Positions 19,584 through 29,906 of a stretch of DNA of 64,000 bases are shown here, piece after piece. The notes under the pieces are model-generated. The model saw only the letters and a list, made by a program, of their open reading frames with translations. It was not told the DNA's origin and ran no database searches. The first letter of the stretch is position 1, and the number at the start of each line of letters is the position of its first letter. The position numbers and the translations under genes were made by a program. The stretch is from Acidobacteriota bacterium (GTDB lineage: Bacteria > Acidobacteriota > UBA6911 > RPQK01 > JAJDTT01), in the NCBI GenBank assembly GCA_965217775.1, contig CBDCJH010000002.1, positions 3,072,001 to 3,136,000 on the forward strand. The letters run 5' to 3'.

Positions 19584-20903
19584 TCAGTCCGCAGAGTCCT
19601 CCGCCAAGGTCTGCTCCACGGCTCGACGAAGTCGCACCGCCTCCAGATCGGGATCGATCTCCACGTCGGACCAGCTCAAGAACCGGCCCGCTGGAACATC
19701 CCTTAGTAGTCGGACGCCATGGGCGAGTCCGATGGGAAGCCCGTTCGACGCCACGCTATCGGCAGCGGTCATGAGCTTTCCCCACACGGTGTACCCGCCC
19801 TCGCCGTCCAGGACCTCGCCACGCCGCAGATCCCGCTTGGCCACCGCCACCACGTCTCCCGCGAAACGGATCGGGTAGCCGGTCGGCTCGCCGCGCAACC
19901 CAGCGGACAGTATCGATATGCCCAGCTCAAGGCCGATCAGGTGAAAGGGCTTGTAGTGGGCGGCATAGGCGCCCGCCTGGTTGGGGTTCAGACCATATTG
20001 GCGAAAGCAGGCGGCGGTATATTCGTTGGGTGCCTCGACCACGACGTAGACTCCCCAGCGCAGGTCCCGTTCCACCTGGCTGCCGTCCCCGTGCAATGAC
20101 GAGACCACCTCCACCTGACCGTGGTGGTGCAGTTGGCCGCCGGCTTCCCGGGGACAGAGCACCTGGGCCAACTCTTCCACTCCACAGGGAGGAAAGGTCA
20201 AGCCGCCGGGAGCCGGGGTCAGACCCGTGGCATTGGCCACCGCCGCCATCTCGATGGCCGACTTGGTCCCGTCCAGGAAGGAATTGAACATCCGGGGATT
20301 CATCCGGGCGGCCCGAGCCGCCGCGGCGGTGATGCCGTAGTGGTCCCAGACCGTATCCGGAGTCGACTCGTGGTAGGCGGGCAGATATCGGGTCCCCTTT
20401 CCGGCGGCTGCCACACGGAAACCGCAGGCTCGCGCCCAGTCCACCATTTCGCAGATCAGAGCCGGCTGGTCGCCGTAGGCCATGGAATAGACCACTCCCG
20501 CGGCAGCCGCTTCCCGGGCCAGCACCAGGCCGGCCAGCACGTCGGCCTCGACGTTGACCATCACCACGTGCTTCCCCGCCCGAATGGCGCTTCGGGCGTG
20601 GGCGAGTCCGGCCAGCGGTTGTCCGGTGGCTTCCACCACCACATCGACGTCAGGGGCGGCGACCAGCTCCAGACCGTTGCGGACGATGCGGGTGCGGGCG
20701 ACCCGATCCCGATCCCAGCCCACGGCCAGACAGGTCTGCCGCGCCCGGTCCGGATCCAGATCCGCAATGACCGGAACCACCAGCCCCCGGGTCGACGGCA
20801 CTTGAGACAGGAACATGGATCCGAATTTGCCGGCGCCGATGAGGCCCACTCGGACCGGTCCCTCATTTTCGAGCCGCCGTTGGAGCAGTCGGTGCAGGTT
20901 CAT
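19584..20903 (-). CDS. Homoserine-dehydrogenase-like NAD(P) oxidoreductase with C-terminal SAF domain
   Basis: GLIGAGKFG, MVNVEAD, GDQP, SFLDGTKSAIEM, AKRDLRRGEVLDGEGGYTVWG. Confidence 0.92.
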   Translation of the reverse strand: MNLHRLLQRRLENEGPVRVGLIGAGKFGSMFLSQVPSTRGLVVPVIADLDPDRARQTCLAVGWDRDRVARTRIVRNGLELVAAPDVDVVVEATGQPLAGLAHARSAIRAGKHVVMVNVEADVLAGLVLAREAAAAGVVYSMAYGDQPALICEMVDWARACGFRVAAAGKGTRYLPAYHESTPDTVWDHYGITAAAARAARMNPRMFNSFLDGTKSAIEMAAVANATGLTPAPGGLTFPPCGVEELAQVLCPREAGGQLHHHGQVEVVSSLHGDGSQVERDLRWGVYVVVEAPNEYTAACFRQYGLNPNQAGAYAAHYKPFHLIGLELGISILSAGLRGEPTGYPIRFAGDVVAVAKRDLRRGEVLDGEGGYTVWGKLMTAADSVASNGLPIGLAHGVRLLRDVPAGRFLSWSDVEIDPDLEAVRLRRAVEQTLAEDSAD

Positions 20904-20947
20904 GGTCGCTGCCGTGCCGCCCGGAATCAATCCGGTCTACAAATGGG

Positions 20948-22801
20948 TTATGGGGATCCGGATCCCGTGTGAAAGCTGCGGTCGCCGCCGTAGGAGACCC
21001 CCTCGTCGTTGGCCACCACCAAGCGATAGTGGTAACCGGTTGAGGGTTTCAGGCCCCGGAACTCGTGAAAAACCGTGCGAGGGCTGATCTGCTGCCCAGC
21101 GTACTGCTCGGGCGTCTTGGAACCGTACCCCGGGTTGTTCCCATATTCGAAGTGAAAACGGGAACGGAGCCCCATGGCGTTGAGGCGGCCCTGGACCTTG
21201 GCCTCGCGGACGCCCACTCGCAGGGCCTTCCCGGTTCGGGCACGGGGCTTGCGGCCGTCGGGAACGGTGAAAGTCCGGTCCTCCCCGTAGACGGTTCCTT
21301 CCGCAGTGGAGGCCACCAGCCGGTAGTGAACCGTCGCGCCCGGCGTCAGGCCGTCCAGATCGGTGTTCACGTAATAGAGGTCGTCATCCGGGAGCATCCG
21401 GGCGCCGCTGCCGAAGACCTCGATCTCTCCCAGTCCCCAGTGCTCCGCCCGGTAGCCGGAGAGCAGGCGGAACTTGAGGTAACGGGCCTGGGCCGCGAGG
21501 CCGGTCTCCAGAGCGAAGGCGAAGTTGGGTCCCTGTTCCCCTTTTTTCGGCAGGGTCAGGGCCGCCAACATTTCATACTGACGGTCGTCCGCCGACGCCA
21601 GGACCTCCACCTGCTTCCCGGGCCATTCGGGGTTCTGATGGACCTGGATGGTCTTCACCGTGACCTCGCGGTCCAGTGCGAAGACGAACTCCTGAGGCCG
21701 GTCCGGCCGGCTCCCGCTGCGCCAGGTGCGGCCCGGTCCGTGGCGCCATCCATCGTTGAGCTGGGCCGGAGCCTCGACCGCGCCTTCCGGCCACCGGATC
21801 AACCGGCCGCCGTTGGGCGGATAGACCAGGGAATGATTCCGGTAGACGAGCCGAAAGTCGTCGAAGTCCAGCGATCCCGTGGGCGGATTGTCGATGTCCA
21901 CGGTGGCCGCCAGGTGAAAGAAGTCGCAGTTGACGTGGGCCTGGGCCTGATCGATGGACCAGTAGGCGTAGCGGGCGGCGCTCTCTCCCTGGAGCGTGGG
22001 ATTGTTCCCCCCATAGGTCCATTGCGAGGAATCGTTCAGCAAGCGGTAGTCGACGAGGTTCCAACGGCCGTCCAGCAATTGATCGGTGAGGGTATGCCCG
22101 GTGTAGGCCCAATTGGCGCGCCGCCATCCCGGCTGGTGCCCGAGCTCGATGTTGCTCTGGCTCTGCGTCCACCACAGGACTTCGGAGCCGTTGGGCTGCC
22201 AGTCGTTGCCCCGGGCCCAGAGGCTCACGCGAGCCCCCCGGAGATCCGGATCGCCCCCGCCCAGCCAGGCGCGGTCCGTGTCCTCTCCTGAACCCAAGGA
22301 TCCGGTCCAGAGGTACTTGGTCAGATGGAGCGTGCCGATCCCGTCGTCGTGGTTGCGATCGTGCCCGCTCGGCTCCGAGAACCGGACGAAGCCGCCCTCG
22401 GCGCCGCCCGTGTCGAAGCTCTCGCTCTCCAGCCAACTCGCCCATCCGCCGAGACCCTGGTCCCAGGTCTCGTGATAGACGGCGCCGAGACGCGGGGGCA
22501 AGGGCGTATCCTCGGTTCGCGACCCGTACTCGGTCGAAAGGCCGTATTCGAAGTAGGTGGTGGTGTAACGGCCATGGGGATGAACGCTGCCGTTGACCGT
22601 CATCGCCGTCGTGCCCAGGGCGCTTGCGGACCCCGTGGTCACGTCGGGAAGTGGAGTCGGGGTCTCTCCCGAACCTCCGTACTCCGGGGAACAAGCCCCG
22701 ATCCCCAGGAATACCAACAAGAGCTTGGGAAAAAACTTCCTCCACGGGATCGGGCCGGCGAAGTCGCGCGAGAAATTAGACATCGAGTTGTTCTGGCTCA
22801 T
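20948..22801 (-). CDS. Putative lipoprotein with FN3-like repeats and discoidin (F5/8)-like domain
   Basis: Lipobox-like LGIGAC; repeated FEYG..YGS.T and GL.P...YHYRLV segments; LGEIEVFG. Confidence 0.75.
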   Translation of the reverse strand: MSQNNSMSNFSRDFAGPIPWRKFFPKLLLVFLGIGACSPEYGGSGETPTPLPDVTTGSASALGTTAMTVNGSVHPHGRYTTTYFEYGLSTEYGSRTEDTPLPPRLGAVYHETWDQGLGGWASWLESESFDTGGAEGGFVRFSEPSGHDRNHDDGIGTLHLTKYLWTGSLGSGEDTDRAWLGGGDPDLRGARVSLWARGNDWQPNGSEVLWWTQSQSNIELGHQPGWRRANWAYTGHTLTDQLLDGRWNLVDYRLLNDSSQWTYGGNNPTLQGESAARYAYWSIDQAQAHVNCDFFHLAATVDIDNPPTGSLDFDDFRLVYRNHSLVYPPNGGRLIRWPEGAVEAPAQLNDGWRHGPGRTWRSGSRPDRPQEFVFALDREVTVKTIQVHQNPEWPGKQVEVLASADDRQYEMLAALTLPKKGEQGPNFAFALETGLAAQARYLKFRLLSGYRAEHWGLGEIEVFGSGARMLPDDDLYYVNTDLDGLTPGATVHYRLVASTAEGTVYGEDRTFTVPDGRKPRARTGKALRVGVREAKVQGRLNAMGLRSRFHFEYGNNPGYGSKTPEQYAGQQISPRTVFHEFRGLKPSTGYHYRLVVANDEGVSYGGDRSFHTGSGSP

Positions 22802-22804
22802 GTG

Positions 22805-22853
22805 CCTCCTCTTCTGTCTTCTCTATTTCCTCTTTCCTCTTTCCTCACTTCTC
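22805..22853. repeat. Heptamer tandem repeat tract (TTTCCTC-like)
   Basis: tttcctc tttcctc tttcctc acttctc; ends in the RBS (GAGGAGG on - strand) of the 22801 gene. Confidence 0.7.
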
Positions 22854-22868
22854 CGCCGGCTCCGGACA

Positions 22869-24938
22869 TCACGGCAGCTTGATGGCCCGGATCCGGTTAT
22901 TGTAGTGATCGCTCACCAGCAGGCATCCCTCCAGGAGCGCCAAACCGGTAGGATGGTTGAGACGGCAGCGTGTGGCAAGCCCTCCATCTCCCGATTCCCC
23001 GCCTTCACCGGTTCCGGCCAGCACTTGCACGCCCCGCTCCCGAGTCGCCACCAGCACCCGGTGGTTGCCCGTGTCCGAAATGTAGAGATTGCCGTCCCGG
23101 TCCACGGCCACTCCGCGTGGAGAGTCGAGGGGCGCCTGATCCGCCCGGGCGCCGTCGCCCGCCCGGCCACGGCGTCCCGTCCCCGCCACGGTCCGCATCC
23201 GCCCGTTGACGTCGACGCAACGGACGGCGTGGTTTCCGGTGTCGGCAAAAAAGAGGTTTCCCTCGCTGTCCACGGCCAGAGCCGACGGTCCCGAAATCGA
23301 GGCTTCATGGGCCCGCCCGCCGTCCCCGCCGAATCCAGGCCTCCCGGTGCCGGCCACGGTGGTGATGACCCCGGTGGCGGGGTCGACCCGGCGAATTCGC
23401 CCCACCGAGTCTCCCAGGTAGACGTCGCCCCGGGACGAGGCGGCCACCGAGAGCGGGGCCGTCACCGCGGCGGAGACGGAGGGTCCTCCATCTCCGGAGT
23501 CGTAGCTCATGCCGGTCCCCACATGGGTTGCAATCGAGCCCGAAGGATCGACCCTCCGGATCCGGTTGTAGCGGGTGTCGGCGATGTAGATCTCTCCGTC
23601 CGGCCCCTGCGCCACGTCGTGAGGGTTGCCCAGATAGGCCTCGACGGCCGCTCCGCCGTCCCCGCCGTAGAAGCGGACGCCATTCCCGGCGACGGTCCGG
23701 ATCTGCCAGGTCTCCAGGTCCACGGCCCGGATCCGCTGTCCCCAGAGGTCGGCGAAATAGAGGTTGCCGTCGGATCCCGCCGCGATGCCGTTGGGACCGG
23801 TGATGAAGGCGTTCGTCGCCAGACCGCCGTCTCTCACCGACACCCCCCCCAACACCGTGGAGACGATGCCGGTCCGTCCGTCCACCTTTCTGAGGCGCCC
23901 GCTGCAATCGCTCCAGAACATGGTGCCGTCCGGGTCGGCCCAGAGACCGCACTCGCAGGAATTGATCTGGCTCCTGGGACCGATGTCGCCATCCTCGCCG
24001 AACCCGGGAATCCCGGTGCCCACGACCGTCCGGACGATGCCCGTGGCCGCGTCCTCGCACCGCACCCGGAACCCGTACTTCTCGGCCACGTACAGATTGT
24101 CCCGGGCGTCGATGAAGATGGCGTCGGGCATGATGATGCAGGCGTCGGCGGCCGGGCCTCCGTCACCGATGGAGGATCGGAGGGAGCCGCAGTCCACGCC
24201 CACGGGATAGGGATTGCCCAGGACCGTGGTCAGAATGCCCCGCCGGTCGACCTTGCGGATCCGGTCGTTGCTGTTGTCGCAGATGTAGAGGTTGTCGCGG
24301 GAATCGACCGCCAGATGCTCGCAGTGATAGAGCGCGGCCTCCAGCGCCGGGATCCCGTCTCCGTTGTAGCCCCCCACGCCGATCCCGGCGTAGCGGCGGA
24401 TGATGCCCTGAGTGTCCACCTTCCGGACCGTGGACGAAGGTTCGTCGGCGATGTACAGATTGCCCTTCGAGTCCTTGGCCACGCCGGAGGAGATGTCCAA
24501 CTGCGCCTCCGTCGCCGGGCCTCCATCCCCTTCCCGGCCCCGAACGCCACACCCCGCCACGGTGGTGATGACGCCGGTGGCGGCATCGATGCGCCGGATC
24601 CGGTGGTTGCCCAGATCGCTCAGGTAGAGATTTCCGTCCCGGTCTCTCCAGAAATCATGGGGGGAGTCGAAGCGGGCGTCCCTGGCGGGTCCTCCGTCCC
24701 CGGCAAACCCCTGGACTCCGTCACCGGCGAAGGTGTGCAGAATGCCCTCGCGGTCGATCCTCCAGATGCGCTGGCCGTGGTAATCCACGACCAGGAGATC
24801 CCCTCGCGGGTCGCGCACGACTCCCATGGGCCAACCCGCGTCGGTGGTGGCGGCCTCGGTTCCGGACCGCCAGCCCACTCCGGCGATGGTGGCCACGTGA
24901 CCGCGGGGAAGATTTTGAAGAAACGCCCTCAATGACAT
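22869..24938 (-). CDS. NHL-repeat beta-propeller protein (teneurin-like NHL)
   Basis: About 12 repeats of GDGGPA..A.L..P..VA.D..GNLYIAD..NHRIR; no signal peptide evident. Confidence 0.93.
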   Translation of the reverse strand: MSLRAFLQNLPRGHVATIAGVGWRSGTEAATTDAGWPMGVVRDPRGDLLVVDYHGQRIWRIDREGILHTFAGDGVQGFAGDGGPARDARFDSPHDFWRDRDGNLYLSDLGNHRIRRIDAATGVITTVAGCGVRGREGDGGPATEAQLDISSGVAKDSKGNLYIADEPSSTVRKVDTQGIIRRYAGIGVGGYNGDGIPALEAALYHCEHLAVDSRDNLYICDNSNDRIRKVDRRGILTTVLGNPYPVGVDCGSLRSSIGDGGPAADACIIMPDAIFIDARDNLYVAEKYGFRVRCEDAATGIVRTVVGTGIPGFGEDGDIGPRSQINSCECGLWADPDGTMFWSDCSGRLRKVDGRTGIVSTVLGGVSVRDGGLATNAFITGPNGIAAGSDGNLYFADLWGQRIRAVDLETWQIRTVAGNGVRFYGGDGGAAVEAYLGNPHDVAQGPDGEIYIADTRYNRIRRVDPSGSIATHVGTGMSYDSGDGGPSVSAAVTAPLSVAASSRGDVYLGDSVGRIRRVDPATGVITTVAGTGRPGFGGDGGRAHEASISGPSALAVDSEGNLFFADTGNHAVRCVDVNGRMRTVAGTGRRGRAGDGARADQAPLDSPRGVAVDRDGNLYISDTGNHRVLVATRERGVQVLAGTGEGGESGDGGLATRCRLNHPTGLALLEGCLLVSDHYNNRIRAIKLP

Positions 24939-24981
24939 GCGTCCGCCTAATTCTATGCTTCGTTACAGGGCCGGGGAAGGC

Positions 24982-25010
24982 GAGGAGATGAGGAAAGAGA
25001 AAAGAGGGAA
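24982..25010. repeat. Heptamer tract, inverted relative to 22805-22853
   Basis: gaggaga tgaggaa agagaaa agaggga. Confidence 0.6.
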
Positions 25011-25051
25011 GCGATCCGGTTGAGTGCCGCGGGTGCGTTCGGGGTAAGCTG

Positions 25052-26295
25052 TCACGGACCGGACCCGTTGCGGAGTTGGATGGCACGATCCTCGTGGTGG
25101 CGAGCTTTCTCGGCGTCGCCACGGGCTTGGTAGACCGCCTTCATTAGGAGGTGGTGATTGGGATTTCTGTCGTCGAGTTCCAGGGTCCGCAGACCCAGCT
25201 CTTCGGCCTCCTCCAGGCGCTGCTGGTAAATGCGGCAAAAGGCCAGAAAGAAGAGGCCGGCCGCGAAATCGGCGTCGATCCGGATCATCTTCCGGGAGAA
25301 CTCCTCGGCTCCGGCGACGTTTCCCCGCTGGAGCTCCAGCTCGGCCAGGCTGGCCAGAATCAGAAGCCGGCCGGGACAGAGCTCGAGTCCGCGATTCAGA
25401 TGTTGGCGGGCCAGTCCGAACTTCTTTCCCTGCTTCTCCATCAGGCCCAGCAAGAGATACCCCTGGCAATCTCCGCCCACTTTCTCCAGGTATCTCAGGA
25501 GATGGGTTCGGGCCTCCGTCCAGTCTCCTTGTCCGTAGGCCAGCGTTCCCCGGCCGAGACCGGTCAGGGCCGTTCCGGGCGTGAGCTCCTCCGCTCTCCC
25601 GTAGGCCTTGAGGGCATCCTCTTTCCGGCCCAGCTCCAGAAAGACGTCTCCCAGATCCGCGAAGACGTCGGAAGAGGCCTTGGGAGAATTGGCCATGAGG
25701 CTCAGCGATCTGAGACGTCCCTGCAGATGACCGATCCGCCGATGGTGTTCCAGAACCTTCTTCCCCTCCCGTTCCTTCCCTGGCGAATCAGGGCCGAGCC
25801 CAGGCTGAAGAGAGCCCCCTGATGGTCCGGCTGACGCGCCAGCACTTGCCGGAATCGCTCTGCGGCGCGGTCCGCGTGTCCTGCCTTGAGATCCAGGCGT
25901 CCGAGATGAAAATGAGCGTTCGGATCGCCGGGTTGCAGGGAGAGAGTCCTTTCCAGGTGGTCGCGGGCCTCGGCGTCCTGACCCAGATGGATGTACGCAA
26001 TGCCGAATCCCAACTCCAACTCCCACCCGTGGACTCCCAGTTCCCTGGCCCTTCGAAAACTGTCGAGAGCCTTGGAGTAGTTCCGCAGGATGGTGTGGCA
26101 GACCCCCGCCTGGTAGTGGGCTTGAGGATTGGGATTGGGGCCCCGGAGCGATGCCTCCAGATCGGCCAGAGCCCCCACGTAGTCTTCGCTGACGGCGATC
26201 TTCCGGAGAGCCCGTTCCAACAGCGGATCGGGAGGAGTCGTTATTCCCTGGAGGGAAAAAAGCACCCCCCAGGCGGCCGGGAGGATCAGATTCAC
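25052..26295 (-). pseudogene. Secreted TPR protein, split by a 1-nt frameshift near 25775
   Basis: TPR repeats in ORF 25702-26295 continue in the other frame (KEREGKKVLEHHRR...VFADLGDVFLELG). Confidence 0.8.
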
Positions 26296-26296
26296 G

Positions 26297-28030
26297 CTAC
26301 TCCTGCTCCTTGACCCGAAGCATGCGGTCCACGCCGGAGGGGGGCGGCACCGCCTGCCTCCTTCCGCAGGGCCAGAGGATTTCGATCGATTCGATCCCGG
26401 TGACGGCCCCCAGACCGAAGTGGATCCGCAGATCGCTCTGGCTCAGGTAGCTGCTCCCGGCCCGGACCTCCTGGCTGAACAGGCGGCCTCCAGCCTTGAG
26501 ACGCACCTTGGCGCCCACGCCGTCCCGATTGCAGTGAGTCCCCTCGAGCCGCAGCTGCAGCCAGTGGCGACTCCCTGCCGTCCGATTTTCCAAAAGGTCC
26601 GCCTTCTGGTTGTTGTTGGTCACCAGCAGGTCCGGACGGCCGTCGTTGTTGTAGTCGGCCACGGCCGTACCCCGGGACACGTTCCTGCGGGAGAAATAGG
26701 GCCCCGCCCGGGACGAGACGGCTTCGAACCGGCCCGCACCCCGATTTCGAAAGAGCTGGTTGGGCTGGGCATACTCCAGGCTGGGATTGATGGAGTTGAT
26801 GTTGTCGAACACGTGCCCGTTGGCCACGAAGAGGTCGAGCAGCCCGTCGTTGTCGGCATCCAGGAAGTTGGCGCCGAACCCCAACGGCAGGAAGCTGTCC
26901 TGGGAGAGCCCGGCCTGGAGCGTGTGGTCCGTGAGGATCCCCTGGCCGTTGTTCCAGTACAGGTCGTTGGTCTGGAGCGAGAAGTTGGTCACGAAGATGC
27001 TGTAGAGTCCGTTCCCGGCCAGATCCGCCGCGTCCACGCCCATGCCCGACTGCGCCATCCCCATCCCGTTGAAGGCGCCTCCGGAGAGCAACGAGACGTC
27101 CTCGAAGACTCCGCGGCCGCCGTTCCGGAAGACGTAGTTGGCCGTCGTGTCGTTGGCCACGTAGAGGTCCAGGTCTCCGTCCCCCTCCAGATCCAGCCAG
27201 AGCACCCCGAGACTCTTGGAGTACTGCGCCTCCTCGGTCACACCGGCCTTTTCGTTCGCTCTCTCGAAGGTTCCGTCACCCCGGTTGCGGTAGAGCGTAT
27301 TGGGCACTCCGTCGTAGCTGTGGGGGAAGCAGTAGATGAGAAGCTCCCCCGAATAACAGCGGCGGTGCGTCGCGAAGGTGAACTTCAAGTAGTTGCCGAC
27401 GTAAAGGTCCAGCCATCCGTCCGCGTCGTAGTCGCCGAAGGCGGCGCTGGTGCTCCAGAGGGGATCGGCCACGCCGGCGGCAGCCGAGACATCCGTGAAG
27501 GTGCCGTCGCCGTTGTTGCGATAGAGGACGTTGGGGCCCAGGTTGGTGACGTAGAGGTCGACGTCGCCGTCGTTGTCATAATCGGCGAAGACACAGCCCA
27601 TGCCGTAGGAGGGGTCGCCGACCCCGGCCTGGTCCGTCACGTCGCTGAAGCTGCCGTCACCGTTGTTGCGAAAGAGCCGATTCTTTCCCGGAGGCGCCGC
27701 TGAGGACGAGGGAGTGGGACCGCTGTTGACCAGATAGACGTCCATCCAGCCGTCCCGGTCGTAATCCAGGAAGCCTCCGCCGGAACCCATGGTCTCGACC
27801 AGGTATTTTTCAGAAGAAGCGCCGCTGGCGTGGATGAAGGAGAGGCCCGCCTCACGGCTCACGTCCCGAAAAGAGGGTGCGGAATTCGACGTGCCGGCGG
27901 CGTGCATGACCGACGGGTGCGCCAAGGCGAGAACCAAAAAAAAGAGACTCAACCGGGGCTGAAGGGGACCCTCGATCGTACTCGGGAACACCGGCCGGTG
28001 CCCGGCACGGTTGAGGGATGGATGGAACAA
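26297..28030 (-). CDS. CRTAC1 family (FG-GAP + ASPIC/UnbV) protein
   Basis: DYDRDGWMDVYLVN and DYDNDGDVDLYV repeats, GSSYLSQSDLRIHFGLG. True start may be downstream. Confidence 0.93.
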   Translation of the reverse strand: MFHPSLNRAGHRPVFPSTIEGPLQPRLSLFFLVLALAHPSVMHAAGTSNSAPSFRDVSREAGLSFIHASGASSEKYLVETMGSGGGFLDYDRDGWMDVYLVNSGPTPSSSAAPPGKNRLFRNNGDGSFSDVTDQAGVGDPSYGMGCVFADYDNDGDVDLYVTNLGPNVLYRNNGDGTFTDVSAAAGVADPLWSTSAAFGDYDADGWLDLYVGNYLKFTFATHRRCYSGELLIYCFPHSYDGVPNTLYRNRGDGTFERANEKAGVTEEAQYSKSLGVLWLDLEGDGDLDLYVANDTTANYVFRNGGRGVFEDVSLLSGGAFNGMGMAQSGMGVDAADLAGNGLYSIFVTNFSLQTNDLYWNNGQGILTDHTLQAGLSQDSFLPLGFGANFLDADNDGLLDLFVANGHVFDNINSINPSLEYAQPNQLFRNRGAGRFEAVSSRAGPYFSRRNVSRGTAVADYNNDGRPDLLVTNNNQKADLLENRTAGSRHWLQLRLEGTHCNRDGVGAKVRLKAGGRLFSQEVRAGSSYLSQSDLRIHFGLGAVTGIESIEILWPCGRRQAVPPPSGVDRMLRVKEQE

Positions 28031-28040
28031 ACCGGATCTC

Positions 28041-29696
28041 TCAATCGCCCCGGATCTCGAAGTTGGCGCGCTTGGAGGCCTCCTGGCCGCTGATCCGGTC
28101 CCGGAGCTCGAGTCTGACCTGGTACCGTCCCGGGTCCACCCCCTTCAGGGGAACGGTATGCATCAAGACCACGCGGTCCTCCATCTGCAGCAGTCTGGGT
28201 TCCTCCGTCCGGAGACGTTCGCGGCCCCGCAAGATCACGAACTTGGCGTCCAGTGCCGGTTGGCGCGTCGCCTGATCCAGAGCCACTTCATAGGCTTCCG
28301 TATAGAGGCTGAGAAAGGCCCCGGGAGAGAACTCCTGGGTGACGTTGGGATAGACCTTGATCCCGCTGGGCGTCATGAACGGGTCGGAGAGCGTCTGCTC
28401 CGGAGAGGAGGACGCGAATCCGTCGGCTACCACCAAGGTGCTGGTGGTGAGGGTTCCCACCTCGTTCTTGGACAACTGGACCGACGCCACCTCGGTGGCG
28501 ATCCGCTTGCTCGATTCTTCCTGGAGAATGACGGTCAGCTTGTAGCGGCCGGGCCTGAGGGGTAGCTGCTTCTGGTAGAGAAAGTTGGTGCCTGCCTTCA
28601 TACCAGACGATTTGGAGGTGTCGGCGGCGATCAGATCCTCGAACTCGTACACCACCTTGCCGGTGAGGTTCTGGGCCTTGCCATAGAGCTGGATGGTTGC
28701 CCGGTTCACATTCCGAAGCTTGGCATCGTAGGTCAGCTCGTGGGCCGGCACCCGGATGGTGAGGGGGACCAGAAAGGCGTCCGCACCCACCCGATAGTTC
28801 CCGAGGGCCATTTCCAGGGACATGGGGTTGTAAAGGAGGCGCGTTTCCACGTCGCCCCGGAGATGCTCGAACTCCACCTTGGGCGGTTTGTTGAGAAGGA
28901 AGTAGTTGCGCACCCTGTCGAACGGCTGTGCTCCCCGCATGAAGGACCCGTCGTTGAGTCCGACGTTGCGCATGGCCAGATCCGCCAGCATGGTTCCTGC
29001 CCGGTTGGCCTCCCCGAACATCTCGTTGACGGTCGGGCTGGAGCCTACTTGCCAAAGGGCGTCCTTCTCGGAAGGCCTCAGCGCGATCTTGTACTCACCC
29101 GTCTTGCTGGCGTCGACGAACTCGATCTCGATTCCGCTGCCCACGCCCGGGATGTAGTTGTAGAACCAGCGCTCGAAGGCATAGGTATTGGTCCAGCCGC
29201 CCCCTTCTTCCAGAACCCTCCGCTGGTAGAGCCCGCCATGGTGACTCTCTTTCTGACTGGGGGGACCGTAGGTGATGTAAATGCGCCCCCGATCCGTATA
29301 CCAGCCCTCGACGCCCGAGTAGAAGTGGTCGTTGGCGTAGGCGATCCGGCGGTAGTGCTCCTCCTTGAATTCGTTGAGGCCGGTTCGCGGGTCCGGGTCC
29401 CGGCGGCGCCAGAACTGCTCGATGAAGGCGTCCCGTTCGGCGTCGGCGCTCAGGTTGTTGAAAACCTTTCGCTCTTCGTCCGTGATGATGTAGACTACGT
29501 CCTCCGTCAGCCACTTTTTGAAATAGTCCTGCTGTTCCTCCACCCGCTGCCGCTGGTCGCGCTTCTCGGCCTCCTTTTCCCGTTTCCGTTCCTCCTTGGT
29601 CTTCTTGTCCTTGGATCCCAATACGGGAACGGGAGAAATCGCCACCAACAGGAAGGCGACACACAGAGTCTTGAGTAGTGAAAAAAGGAATCGCAT
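28041..29696 (-). CDS. GWxTD domain protein
   Basis: KWLTEDVVYIIT, EQFWRRRDPDP, EEHYRRIAYAN, GWYTDRGRIYITYGPP. Confidence 0.95.
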   Translation of the reverse strand: MRFLFSLLKTLCVAFLLVAISPVPVLGSKDKKTKEERKREKEAEKRDQRQRVEEQQDYFKKWLTEDVVYIITDEERKVFNNLSADAERDAFIEQFWRRRDPDPRTGLNEFKEEHYRRIAYANDHFYSGVEGWYTDRGRIYITYGPPSQKESHHGGLYQRRVLEEGGGWTNTYAFERWFYNYIPGVGSGIEIEFVDASKTGEYKIALRPSEKDALWQVGSSPTVNEMFGEANRAGTMLADLAMRNVGLNDGSFMRGAQPFDRVRNYFLLNKPPKVEFEHLRGDVETRLLYNPMSLEMALGNYRVGADAFLVPLTIRVPAHELTYDAKLRNVNRATIQLYGKAQNLTGKVVYEFEDLIAADTSKSSGMKAGTNFLYQKQLPLRPGRYKLTVILQEESSKRIATEVASVQLSKNEVGTLTTSTLVVADGFASSSPEQTLSDPFMTPSGIKVYPNVTQEFSPGAFLSLYTEAYEVALDQATRQPALDAKFVILRGRERLRTEEPRLLQMEDRVVLMHTVPLKGVDPGRYQVRLELRDRISGQEASKRANFEIRGD

Positions 29697-29727
29697 AGTC
29701 CCCTGTCCGGTTACTGGAATAAGCGAA

Positions 29728-29736
29728 ATTATAACA
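29728..29736 (-). promoter_or_regulatory. Extended -10 promoter (TGtTATAAT) for the GWxTD operon
   Basis: Perfect TGnTATAAT about 30 nt upstream of the start; divergent TGtTACAAT at 29842-29850 on + before the Kelch gene. Confidence 0.55.
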
Positions 29737-29798
29737 CAGCGAACCCCCGGGATTGCGAATGCCGGGCTGTCGAGGAGCCGGATCCACCTGTCCCCGCG

Positions 29799-29837
29799 CC
29801 ACCTCACTCCTCACTCCTCGTTTCTCACTTCTCCTCC
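29799..29837. repeat. Heptamer tract (CTCACTC/CTCACTT-like)
   Basis: ctcactc ctcactc ctcgttt ctcactt ctc. Confidence 0.6.
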
Positions 29838-29906
29838 CGGCTGTTACAATCGGCCTCCCGCTTGTTCTTGGACCGTTTCAAGACATCCGAAGGAGTGGAT
29901 CCGGTT

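Noticed and set aside
22593-24935. Long antisense ORFs (also 54233-56671, 9251-10822, 49776-51284)
   Set aside because: They mirror well-supported genes on the opposite strand, have no motifs, and are expected from codon bias.
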